DNA of 61,800 bases from Patescibacteria group bacterium (GCA_035290185.1 DATDUW010000014.1:1-61800), one strand, 5' to 3'; shown: positions 26,050 to 33,916, counted from the first letter of the stretch. Notes: generated by a model from the sequence alone, not told the origin. Numbers and translations: made by a program.

Positions 26050-27846
26050 TCAGTCTTTTTTTTCGAGCGGCCAAGCAACGGGAAGTGTGCCTGTGAACGG
26101 ATGATCACCAAAAAGGACATCTGCCAACCCACCCCCTTCGCTTCCTGGTAACCATGCAGCTACCACAGCATCCCAATTTTTCACAGAAGAACTTATATCC
26201 AAGGGGCGGCCGGAAACAATGACAACGATTAATTTTTTGCTGATCGCTCTCACGCGACGAATTGCCTCCAGATCCTCGTCGGAAAGCGTAGGGTGTTCAG
26301 AATCACCCCACCCTTCAGCGTAAGGAGCTTCTCCGACCACGGCAATTCCTACATCAGCAAGTTCTGTTTCCAGAGGAAAGTCTCCTGCCTGACGGTATTC
26401 AACCTTCGTCTGCGAAGACACCGCACTCTTGATCGCCTGGAGAATTGTCGTACCCGGTATCCAATTCCCATCGATCCCCTGCCACTCAACCGTCCAACCC
26501 CCTGACTGACGCCCCAGGTTATCTGCTGATCCCCCGGCGACCACAATGTGCGCCGTTGTTTTCGAAATCGGAAGTGCATGCTGTTCATTTTTCAAAAGAA
26601 CCAAAGATTTGCGGACGGCTTCACGGGCGACCTCTCGGTGTTCGCTTGAGCCGAAGGCCTTCCTATCAAATGTTGGAACCGCCCTCTTCTCAAAAAGACC
26701 TGCCGCGAATTTTACCCGAAGAATCCGTCGGACAGCGTCGTCCAAACGCTCACGGGACAGGTCACCTTGTTCCACAGCTCGGCGCATGTCTTGGGTAAAT
26801 AATCGATAATCATACGGCAACATCACCATGTCCACGCCGGCGTTTATGGCCGTAACAAGCGCGTGGTATTTATCACCGGGAATCTCGTACACTCCATACC
26901 AATCAGACACCACAAACCCATCAAAACCGAGTTCACCTTTCAACACATCGGTTAGGAGCGTGTGATTTGCCACCAGCTCAACACCATTCCATGTAGCGTG
27001 ACCAACCATGATACTCCCGACCCCCGCGCGAACAGCCCTTGCAAACGGGGGAAGATGGACGGAACGCAAGGTTGCTTCGTCTATCGTTATTGCCCCTTGA
27101 TCAAGCTGGAAGTCACGATTGGTGGACGTGCCCCAAACCATAGCTCCCGTGCCTAAATAATGCTTTGCTGTCCCGACAACGGACCGTGATTGAAGGCCTT
27201 CTACATAAGCACCGGTGAGATCGCTCACCATCTTTGGATCAGTACCAAAGGTTTCATACGTCCGACCCCAACGAATATCTTGAACGACGTCTCCTGTTGG
27301 TGAAAAATTCCAATTTGCACCCGTCATAGCCATTTCCTCCGCGGTTATCATGCCAATACGCCGCACCAAATCAACATCACCGCTCGCACCAAGACCAATG
27401 GCATGAGGAAAAAGCGTCGCGCCAAAGACGTTGCTGTGCCCGTGAACAGCATCGACTCCATACAGTAAAGGAATCTCTAAACGGGTGGACTTGGCGATAT
27501 CTTGGAAATCATGGATCATTGTTAGCCAAGCTTCCGGTTCAGGAGAATCAGGCCCTCCGCCACCGCCACTCAGAAGGGCCCCAAGACCAAAGCGGGCAAT
27601 ATCCGACTTCAAAAGAAGGCTGTTTTTCTCTACCAGTGCCAGCTGACCAATTTTTTCCTCCGTTGTCATGCGGCCCAAAAGATCCTCAACACGCTCTTCT
27701 ACCGATCTTGTTTCATCCCGATAGAGCGCCCCTTCAATTTCGTCATTTTTTCCCCTTTCCGCGAGAATTCTTATTGTAACGACAGCAGTAAGGATGACGA
27801 GAAAAACCCCCGCAAGGATGACCATTCGTCTACGTGAATAACCCAT
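26050..27846 (-). CDS. glycoside hydrolase family 3 (beta-glucosidase/beta-N-acetylhexosaminidase-like), membrane anchored
   Basis: N-terminal TM helix, then EEKIGQL, GVDAVHG, KHYLG and the VVSDW catalytic-Asp block typical of GH3. Confidence 0.9.
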   Translation of the reverse strand: MGYSRRRMVILAGVFLVILTAVVTIRILAERGKNDEIEGALYRDETRSVEERVEDLLGRMTTEEKIGQLALVEKNSLLLKSDIARFGLGALLSGGGGGPDSPEPEAWLTMIHDFQDIAKSTRLEIPLLYGVDAVHGHSNVFGATLFPHAIGLGASGDVDLVRRIGMITAEEMAMTGANWNFSPTGDVVQDIRWGRTYETFGTDPKMVSDLTGAYVEGLQSRSVVGTAKHYLGTGAMVWGTSTNRDFQLDQGAITIDEATLRSVHLPPFARAVRAGVGSIMVGHATWNGVELVANHTLLTDVLKGELGFDGFVVSDWYGVYEIPGDKYHALVTAINAGVDMVMLPYDYRLFTQDMRRAVEQGDLSRERLDDAVRRILRVKFAAGLFEKRAVPTFDRKAFGSSEHREVAREAVRKSLVLLKNEQHALPISKTTAHIVVAGGSADNLGRQSGGWTVEWQGIDGNWIPGTTILQAIKSAVSSQTKVEYRQAGDFPLETELADVGIAVVGEAPYAEGWGDSEHPTLSDEDLEAIRRVRAISKKLIVVIVSGRPLDISSSVKNWDAVVAAWLPGSEGGGLADVLFGDHPFTGTLPVAWPLEKKD

Positions 27847-27931
27847 AATAAGAGAAAACGCAGGATCTTAGTCGTATCAATTCCGAATGAATAATTTCTG
27901 ATGGGGAAGCCTGCTTCGAGGGTAAGGCTAA

Positions 27932-28048
27932 TCAACGTTGAAGAATTTCCGTCTTCATTCCATAATCAATCTCCAACTGTTCGCTAAATAGGAGAGATGA
28001 CTTGAGCACTACTCCGTCAGCATCCCAAAAAATTGCTTTATACTGCAT
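27932..28048 (-). pseudogene. HAD-hydrolase N-terminal fragment (38 codons)
   Basis: Manual translation gives MQYKAIFWDADGVVLKSSLLFSEQLEIDYGMKTEILQR*. It carries HAD motif I (DxDGV) but stops after 38 aa. Confidence 0.4.
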
Positions 28049-28080
28049 AGATATTTTCCAACCGGTATTCTTTGTCGGAT
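28046..28080. repeat. copy A of a duplicated roughly 35 nt junction sequence
   Basis: catagat-attttccaaCcggtattcttTGtcgg compares with copy B at 29083-29122: catagat(ttaaat)attttccaaTcggtattcttGTtcgg. Confidence 0.6.
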
Positions 28081-28184
28081 AATCTCACATTTCATACATC
28101 CATCAGTATAGCAAGAATTTGCGAAAGAATCTGAGAAATAATCCTAACGAATTTTTTTAAACAAGACTCAACACGGAAATCTTC

Positions 28185-28217
28185 AAAAAAAGAAAAACCG
28201 ACCAAGATTTGTTGGTC
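28185..28217 (-). terminator. weak terminator candidate downstream of the ASCH gene
   Basis: Minus strand reads GACCAA-caaatc-TTGGTC followed by GGTTTTTCTTTTTTT. The stem is only 6 bp. Confidence 0.3.
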
Positions 28218-28346
28218 AGTTCTTCTTGGCTCCCTTACTTACCTTTTTACTGAACTGGGGAGTATTTATGCAGAAGTTAAGGTGAGTATGGAAAAAATGG
28301 AGGGCTTTTACCAGCTCACCGTGACCTCATCGCGATAACATATCCC

Positions 28347-28679
28347 TTAAGCTACAAGCTCGTATTTCAACATCTTCACAACAGTATCGTCACTTACGGC
28401 ATCACCATAATAACCTTTATAGGCTCTCAGCCTGTCCGTCGCGTCTCTAAAACGTTCGTTCCCTTCCTTCACCTCATCCTCACTAGTAATGTCACCTAAT
28501 CGTTTCTCGCGAACGGCGGTTACACGCGCTTTTGCAAATTCCTCACCAGTGGCTTTATTGATAAAAGTGAGTTCATCTCCTACTGATAAATCCTTCTCAT
28601 CAAATAACCGCCATGTGGAGGTTTTTTCTCCAGAAAGAACAAGGGGAACAAGATGAGAAGCAAATTTGAGAGTTTTCAT
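28347..28679 (-). CDS. ASCH domain protein
   Basis: MKTLKFASHLVPLVLSGEKTSTWRLFDEKDLSVGDEL... matches the typical ASCH (PUA-like) N-terminal pattern. Confidence 0.8.
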   Translation of the reverse strand: MKTLKFASHLVPLVLSGEKTSTWRLFDEKDLSVGDELTFINKATGEEFAKARVTAVREKRLGDITSEDEVKEGNERFRDATDRLRAYKGYYGDAVSDDTVVKMLKYELVA

Positions 28680-28689
28680 AATTTATCAA

Positions 28690-29085
28690 TTATATTCGCT
28701 CCCAAGAATCCCGACAAGGCAATAGCTCAGAAAGCATTACGGTTTTTTCTTTGGACAAAATGACTTCAATATCCATTTTGCCGTCATTGGTTTGACACAT
28801 GAATTCTCGACAATGACCACATGGAGAAATCACGAACACATCACCATTTTCATCTTTCCATGTTGCAACAATTTTCTGAACCTTCGCCTCACCAGCCGTT
28901 ACCATTGCGGCTATGGCGCTCTGTTCGGCACAAAACCCGATGCCCGATGTATCAAGACAAACACCTGTGTAGACGCTTCCCTTATCTGTAATGAGAGCTG
29001 CACCAACATCGCCAAAAAGTCGATCGCCGACTTTTCGAGGAGCGATCATGGATGCAGCTTTTTGGATGAGTTCAATATTTTCCAT
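28690..29085 (-). CDS. cdd: cytidine/deoxycytidine (blasticidin-S-type) deaminase
   Basis: Zinc ligand motifs GFCAEQSAI and SPCGHCREF in a 131 aa protein. Confidence 0.85.
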   Translation of the reverse strand: MENIELIQKAASMIAPRKVGDRLFGDVGAALITDKGSVYTGVCLDTSGIGFCAEQSAIAAMVTAGEAKVQKIVATWKDENGDVFVISPCGHCREFMCQTNDGKMDIEVILSKEKTVMLSELLPCRDSWERI

Positions 29086-29122
29086 AGATTTAAATATTTT
29101 CCAATCGGTATTCTTGTTCGGT
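29083..29122. repeat. copy B of the duplicated junction sequence
   Basis: See copy A (28046-28080). In both copies the repeat ends at the ATG of the next minus-strand reading frame. Confidence 0.6.
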
Positions 29123-29239
29123 TAGCCTAACAAACGATAATCGATCACTGTAACCCTTGATGATTTTGTCATGCTCCGCCATTTTCGCAACAGTGCTTTT
29201 TCCGACTCCGAGAGGACCTCGGATAATGATGGATTTCAT
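29090..29239 (-). pseudogene. P-loop NTPase/kinase N-terminal fragment (49 codons)
   Basis: Manual translation gives MKSIIIRGPLGVGKSTVAKMAEHDKIIKGYSDRLSFVRLTEQEYRLENI*. Walker A (GPLGVGKST) is present, but the ORF is too short for a full NTPase. Confidence 0.45.
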
Positions 29240-29873
29240 GAAGCAAAATGTACCTTAATTCGGGTGATTAATCCACCGAGAACTGTGGTCGGGGATCGAA
29301 CCGAAAAAAGAAGGCGAATTTGTAATTTTGGGTGTTTGAGGAAAATTCGTCGACTTTGCGTCCCGGGTGCTTCAGTTTTCTAGGAGATACACCGAGGGTT
29401 GCTCTTTGCTCAAGCTATAAACATGGCTCCCTAACCTACCTCTTTTCCGAATGAATACCGATGTACGTGCAGGCCATTATAGAGAAATGTTGCAATGACA
29501 CCGGCAATCGGTTGTAGAATTTGTTTGAATCTTCACTATCGGAGACAACGTTACAAGGGCAGGATCGATGGGGTTTGAGCAGACCCAAGTAACTTTTCAG
29601 ACAATTTGATATCTTAAAAGTCAAAGTCTTCGAGGAGAAGGATATTCTGAAAGAAACGACAGGATTCAAACGCAATCGCCTGTTCGTGTTTTCAGAGTAC
29701 ATGCGGCTGTTCGAGAAATAAGACCAATACGGTAGTAAGTGTCCGTTATGCCAAAAGGCGGTTTCTGATAAATAGAGTTGGTTTTCGGGGTCGGAAAATA
29801 AGAAATCGTTCCCGGGTAGTGGACGGCGCGATGGGAGGGGTGTACGCTTAACAGGTAGAGAGTTAGATGATTG

Positions 29874-29886
29874 TTTAACTGTTAAA
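29874..29886. promoter_or_regulatory. palindrome at the ArsR-family gene start (possible auto-operator)
   Basis: TTTAAC-t-GTTAAA ends 1 nt before ATG 29888. Confidence 0.3.
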
Positions 29887-29887
29887 T

Positions 29888-30241
29888 ATGAACACCCAAA
29901 CAATCGTTCGACAAGGGGGGAAACTTCCGAACGGCACGGACCGGCGCCTCTCTGCGGTATTTAAGGCCCTGGGAGACACCACGCGGTTTCGCATCTTTCG
30001 TCTGTTAATCGATCAGCCGCAGATTTCGGTCAGTGCGATCGCGAAGGTTCTTCACCTCTCCGCTCCTCTCACGTCTCAGCACATCAAAATTCTCGTGCAC
30101 GCACAGCTCTTGGAAAAACAACGAACGGGAAAAAGGATTTATTCTCGGCCGGTTCGGACGAATCCGGTCGTACGCGATCTCATTCGTACCATCCAGAAAA
30201 GCATAAAGACGGAACCCATAATAAGTCACACCACTGCTTGA
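29888..30241 (+). CDS. ArsR/SmtB-family transcriptional regulator
   Basis: FKALGDTTRFRIFRLLIDQPQISVSAIAKVLHLSAPLTSQHIKILVHAQLLEKQRTGKRIYS is a winged HTH of ArsR type. Confidence 0.85.
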   Translation: MNTQTIVRQGGKLPNGTDRRLSAVFKALGDTTRFRIFRLLIDQPQISVSAIAKVLHLSAPLTSQHIKILVHAQLLEKQRTGKRIYSRPVRTNPVVRDLIRTIQKSIKTEPIISHTTA

Positions 30242-30266
30242 TCGTTTATTCCTAACATCGACCTCT

Positions 30267-30416
30267 ATGCTTTATACCATCGCTGTCGTTCTCGTCATTT
30301 TGTGGCTACTTGGACTCGTCACCTCATACACCCTAGGTGGCTTTATCCATATTCTGTTGGTCATCGCCGTCATCGTGATCCTCGTCCGGCTCATCAATGG
30401 ACAAAAGGTACTCTAA
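30267..30416 (+). CDS. lmo0937-family small membrane protein (49 aa)
   Basis: Manual translation gives MLYTIAVVLVILWLLGLVTSYTLGGFIHILLVIAVIVILVRLINGQKVL*. The central GGFIHILLVIA core is characteristic of this family. At 49 aa it does not appear in the supplied ORF track. Confidence 0.7.
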   Translation: MLYTIAVVLVILWLLGLVTSYTLGGFIHILLVIAVIVILVRLINGQKVL

Positions 30417-30449
30417 CTTTCGACGGCTTTGTTCATCCTTACATTCCCT

Positions 30450-30704
30450 ATGGCAACCATCGTCAATACACCCGGGACAGGAGATAGCTCGGCGGCAGTG
30501 CTTATCGTCGGGCTCGTCATCGCCGCCGTCATCGTCGTTTTGTTCTTCATTTACGGACTGCCCGCCCTTCAGAGCATGTCAAAGGCTTCGTCGACCCCAA
30601 CAACCATCAAGGTAGAGTTGCCGACGCCAGAACCATCCCCTGCTCCCACACCCACACCCACACCCGCGCCAGTCCCAGAACCCGCACCGGCTACAACCCC
30701 ATAA
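30450..30704 (+). CDS. small single-pass membrane protein with Pro/Thr-rich tail
   Basis: ATG 30450 gives MATIVNTPG..., then a TM helix AAVLIVGLVIAAVIVVLFFIYGL and a tail PTPEPSPAPTPTPTPAPVPEPAPATTP. Confidence 0.45.
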   Translation: MATIVNTPGTGDSSAAVLIVGLVIAAVIVVLFFIYGLPALQSMSKASSTPTTIKVELPTPEPSPAPTPTPTPAPVPEPAPATTP

Positions 30705-30726
30705 CGAACCTCGAGCTCGTCCTGGA

Positions 30727-30763
30727 ATATAAATACGACTGTCATCGACCGTCGTATTTATAT
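30727..30763. terminator. 13 bp perfect AT-rich hairpin between convergent genes
   Basis: ATATAAATACGAC-tgtcatcgacc-GTCGTATTTATAT. A second palindrome CTGAAC-ag-GTTCAG follows. Confidence 0.45.
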
Positions 30764-30845
30764 GGCTCCGCATACTGAACAGGTTCAGAACCACGAATTG
30801 GAGCCAGTTTGAAGCGATGATGATTCAGTTTGTGTAAAAAATTTT

Positions 30846-31364
30846 TCAAGATTCTGAAGCTGGTTTTTTGGATTCAATCATTTGAATACCATCTGGCAGA
30901 TCATCAAAAGTTACTTTTACAATTCGTGCAGGTGTCTGCGATAACTCTGCTCTCCAATCCATTTCCATCTCGCCCCCACGCATTGGGCGGAAATCCCTTC
31001 TTGGTAACACATAGACATAACCTACTTTTTCTCTTGCGTCGTTCATGGCAATTTTTGAAGCACTAAAACTCAGATTCCCTTCATCATCTGACCCAAAACC
31101 AGTTGAATCCGTGTAAACAAGGGATCTAAAAATAGCGATATCTGCATAGGGTGTGCCGACCACAGAAGGATTACCGTGTGGTTTTTTCTCTCCGCCCGTA
31201 TAGTCATAAGGTTGTCTTGGTTCTAGTTCTCCAATACCGGGCACTGATGAACCGTGAAAAATATATTCACCTGACTTTTGAAGCTCATGCAACACTCGTC
31301 TCTGTTTTTCTGAGTCAACCCCACATTCCCGGCGTTTATTGGAAAAGTCGCCATGATAGCCCAT
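30846..31364 (-). CDS. hypothetical protein
   Basis: 172 aa ORF with ordinary composition and no recognised motif. Confidence 0.5.
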   Translation of the reverse strand: MGYHGDFSNKRRECGVDSEKQRRVLHELQKSGEYIFHGSSVPGIGELEPRQPYDYTGGEKKPHGNPSVVGTPYADIAIFRSLVYTDSTGFGSDDEGNLSFSASKIAMNDAREKVGYVYVLPRRDFRPMRGGEMEMDWRAELSQTPARIVKVTFDDLPDGIQMIESKKPASES

Positions 31365-31480
31365 TTCTCAATTCTTTGTTTTTCGGATAATTCAGACATA
31401 CAAGTACAATATATCAAAATTTGGTTCTGAAGTCCCACTTGGGTCAAACAAAAAACACCAGTAAAACTGATGTCTTTTAT

Positions 31481-31555
31481 TGGCTCGGGGGGTGGGGATC
31501 GAACCCACGACCAATTGGTTAACAGCCAACTGCTCTACCGCTGAGCTACCCCCGA
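31481..31555 (-). tRNA. tRNA-Asn (anticodon GTT), CCA encoded
   Basis: Minus strand folds as TCGGGGG-TA-GCTC-AGCGGTA-GAGC-A-GTTGG-CTGTTAA-CCAAT-TGGTC-GTGGG-TTCGATC-CCCAC-CCCCCGA-G-CCA. All four arms pair in a cloverleaf of 75 nt. Confidence 0.92.
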
Positions 31556-31791
31556 ATATTATTATCAAGCCATTTCCTTCCTTGTCCACTTTTGAGGAAA
31601 TGCTCGCGTTGAATGGCTTCAGTCTTCGTGTCAAACGTTTCAGTATGGATAATTGTAAACGGTCCGTTTCTTCGCGTCCACAAATTTGAGCCGCTTAGAT
31701 GTTCTTCCAACCGATCGTTTACCGACTTAGAAGTGTAACCAACGTATCTCTTTCCATTCGTTACACTTCGCAAGATGTAAACAGTGAACAT
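31546..31791 (-). CDS. GIY-YIG nuclease family protein (81 aa)
   Basis: MFTVYILRSVTNGKRYVGYTSKSVNDRLEEHL... carries the GIY...YVG motif. The last codons and the TAG stop (31546-31548) lie inside nt 1-10 of tRNA-Asn. The longer track ORF uses a TTG within the tRNA-fragment copy. Confidence 0.8.
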   Translation of the reverse strand: MFTVYILRSVTNGKRYVGYTSKSVNDRLEEHLSGSNLWTRRNGPFTIIHTETFDTKTEAIQREHFLKSGQGRKWLDNNIRG

Positions 31792-31814
31792 AGATTGACG
31801 GAAGTTCAGAAGAA

Positions 31815-31883
31815 GGTTAACAGCCTCCGCCAAAGGCGGATCAGCCTTTGGCTGAAACTGCTCTACCGCTGAGCTACCCCCGA
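31815..31883 (-). pseudogene. tRNA-Asn 5-prime fragment (nt 1-39) interrupted by a 30 nt double-hairpin insert
   Basis: 31856-31883 equals tRNA nt 1-28 exactly, and 31815-31825 equals nt 29-39 (GGCTGTTAACC). The insert at 31826-31855 reads TCAGCCAAAGGCTGA+TCCGCCTTTGGCGGA on the minus strand. No 3-prime half follows. Confidence 0.75.
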
Positions 31884-31967
31884 ATATATTATCTTCGAGT
31901 GGTAGCGAAGCGGTTCAGATCGCTGTTTACCCCTCCGAAGTCCGGCCTTAAGGCCGCACGTAGGAGG

Positions 31968-32010
31968 GAGCTACCCCCGAATATTGTTATCGAGCCATTT
32001 CCTTCCCTTG
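31968..32010 (-). pseudogene. second decayed copy of the GIY-YIG C-terminus/tRNA-Asn 5-prime junction
   Basis: 31968-31980 equals tRNA nt 1-13. 31981-32010 is homologous to 31556-31585 and translates ...SKGRKWLDNNIRG*, compared with ...GQGRKWLDNNIRG* in the intact gene. Confidence 0.65.
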
Positions 32011-32098
32011 GAAAAGATCGCCCTTTTCAGGACGCGGACAGTATATAGCAGAATTCAACGAATAGACAAGATCGGGTGTGGAGATCTACATTCACCCA

Positions 32099-32191
32099 TA
32101 AAAAAGCCGCCTGTCCGGCTTGGCACTCGCGGGTCGGAACGAGGAGGAGACGTCCCGACCGCCGTTACCAAGCCGCATGGGCGGCCTTTTT
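32099..32191 (-). terminator. unusually long (about 80 nt) hairpin flanked by A and T runs; probable bidirectional terminator
   Basis: Pairing runs GCCGCC...CCGGCTTGG...GCGGGTCGGAACG-aggaggaga-CGTCCCGACCGC...CCAAGCCG...GGCGGC. T5-T6 runs follow the hairpin on both strands. It lies 79 nt after the ABC gene stop. Confidence 0.55.
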
Positions 32192-32269
32192 GTATCCTTC
32201 AGATTATCAAACCAAAACCAGAGCGTCAAGGATAAGACCCCATCACCTCGTCAAAAAAGACAAGGGCTG

Positions 32270-33622
32270 TCAACCGACCTTCTCCTTTAAAATATGCCCA
32301 CCCATAACGTAAGATCGCGAACAAAGCGCACGGAGCGCTTCCCGATGGGAAACTATCACGGCTGTCCTTCCCTGCAAATGTCGCCGGAGGAATTCGACAA
32401 CCACCTGTTCCGTCCCGACATCCAAATGGGATGTGGGTTCATCCAAAAAAAGAATGTCTCGTTCCAAAATCACTCCACGCAGCAGATTGACCCGCTGTTT
32501 TTGCCCAGCGGAAAGCTTGATCCCCTTTTCTCCAACAACGGTTTCCAACCCATCCGCTAAATGGCCGACCCATTCTTCCAAATGAACCTCTTCTAAAAAT
32601 TTCCACAACCGCTTCTCTTCAACTTCTTTTCCCAAACAGAGATTCTCCCGAAGTGTCACGTTGAAAAATTCCACTTCTTGGGAGAGGAAAATCGTCTGAT
32701 TTTGAAACCACAACGGACTCATTTTCTCATAAGGTGTCCCGTCCATCCCTATTTGTCCATCCTCTGGTTTGAAAAAATTCGCTAGGAGATGAAGAAAGGT
32801 CGTCTTCCCTTCTCCGGAGGGCCCGGAAATGTTGACGATCTCTCCTCTTCGAAGTCGGAAAAAGGGAACACGGATCCTATTTGTGTTCCCTGGATGGTGG
32901 AAGGTTATTCCTTCACAGAAAATTTCTTCCCATGACGACGGAGACGATTTGTGTTCTACGGACGTCGTCGGTTCGTCCACGACTTCTTCGAGCCCCTTGA
33001 TATAGGCGCCCATTTCCATAAGGAACTTCGCATATTCCGAAAGACGTTCAATATGAGCGCGAACCGCCACATAAGCCGCAATAAAAAGAACAAGGATAGA
33101 AGGGGAAAGCTGCCCGCGCGAAATCTGAAAAAGAAAAACGCCAATCGTGGAAAGAAAAGCAGCACCAAAAAGTGTATGCAACAAAAACCAGCGAGCTGCA
33201 TGAAAACGTTGAAGAGCCCGGATGTCTCGGTCATTCGTTTCCGCGGCTTCGCCTGTTCTCTTTTGCACAAAAACCGAGACTCCTAGACGCCTCACGGTCG
33301 GCAAGTTGGCCAACACGTCAGCATAGCGTTCCAAAAAGGAAGCCCGACTGTTATTTCCTTGGCGCGCGAGCGGCACCATGCGCCGCGATAGGACAAGACT
33401 TGTCCCAACAAAGACCGCGAGGAAAACGGCGTTTAACAGAGCGAGCCCTACGGAATGTCGTGCTGTAAAAAAGAAAAACAGGGTAAAATAAGAAAACGTC
33501 TTAGGAATTTCCCACACGAACCCCATCGTGAGTGGCTGAAGGCCATCAGCCACTCGATTTACGAGGGAGAGAAGGTATCCGAAATGAGAAGAAAGGAGAC
33601 GTGGAAGGGAAATGGTTTCCAA
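32270..33622 (-). CDS. ABC exporter, fused permease/ATPase (C-terminal 450 aa segment)
   Basis: Walker A GPSGEGKTT, signature LSAGQKQRV and Walker B LFLDEPTSHLD. Only about 215 aa of TMD precede the NBD. The track start is a TTG two codons after an in-frame TAA. Confidence 0.85.
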   Translation of the reverse strand: METISLPRLLSSHFGYLLSLVNRVADGLQPLTMGFVWEIPKTFSYFTLFFFFTARHSVGLALLNAVFLAVFVGTSLVLSRRMVPLARQGNNSRASFLERYADVLANLPTVRRLGVSVFVQKRTGEAAETNDRDIRALQRFHAARWFLLHTLFGAAFLSTIGVFLFQISRGQLSPSILVLFIAAYVAVRAHIERLSEYAKFLMEMGAYIKGLEEVVDEPTTSVEHKSSPSSWEEIFCEGITFHHPGNTNRIRVPFFRLRRGEIVNISGPSGEGKTTFLHLLANFFKPEDGQIGMDGTPYEKMSPLWFQNQTIFLSQEVEFFNVTLRENLCLGKEVEEKRLWKFLEEVHLEEWVGHLADGLETVVGEKGIKLSAGQKQRVNLLRGVILERDILFLDEPTSHLDVGTEQVVVEFLRRHLQGRTAVIVSHREALRALCSRSYVMGGHILKEKVG

Positions 33623-33625
33623 TTT

Positions 33626-33826
33626 TTATGCAAACGCGAGCCGAGCATAATTTCCAAGAATCGACCCCAACGCCTCTCCGTAACGCCGCAAAATCCATTG
33701 AAAAAAAAGAGAGGCAACATACAAAACGAAATAGACCCTATCAGGCTTCCAACGGATGAAGAATTCAGATCTGACGGCGAAAATTCCGATAAAAGAACGG
33801 GAATAAAAAAACGACGACTCCATCAA
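33626..33826 (-). pseudogene. N-terminal TMD piece of the same ABC exporter, separated by an in-frame TAA
   Basis: The 66 aa ORF is in the same frame as 32270..33622. The junction reads ...ARLAFA-TAA-K-L-ETISLPRLL (TAA at 33626-33628). Confidence 0.55.
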
Positions 33827-33916
33827 GAATGCCTACAAGAAAAAGGCCAGCGACGGTCGGACGGCACGGGCCAAGGTGGCGAAAAAAGTAACGCAAAGCT
33901 GTTCCCACAGGTGATT

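Larger units (their letters stand above)
31546..32010 (-). mobile_element. GIY-YIG-associated insertion/duplication scar cluster at the 5-prime end of tRNA-Asn
   Basis: One intact and two partial copies of the same gene-tRNA junction lie within 465 nt. Confidence 0.45.

Noticed and set aside
29272-29304. A tRNA gene
   Set aside because: Only a T-arm-like segment with one stem mismatch plus a possible acceptor strand is present. There is no D-arm or anticodon arm upstream and no CCA. It is reported only as a possible att-type remnant.
29436-29903. 155 aa minus-strand ORF
   Set aside because: Its composition is odd (Ser/Leu/Asn/Phe-rich, no motifs). It overlaps the ArsR start divergently by 16 nt and lies in a region full of gene fragments. 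It is treated as non-coding or decayed sequence.
31546-31883. Group I intron or split tRNA-Asn carrying a GIY-YIG homing endonuclease
   Set aside because: The downstream element is a complete 75 nt tRNA, not just a 3-prime exon. The upstream piece therefore reflects partial duplication rather than an interrupted single gene.
32099-32191. SRP (4.5S) RNA
   Set aside because: The hairpin length is suggestive, but the apical loop is AGGAGGAGA (TCTCCTCCT on the other strand) rather than a GNRA tetraloop. The conserved helix-8 AGCA/GGAA internal-loop motifs are absent.
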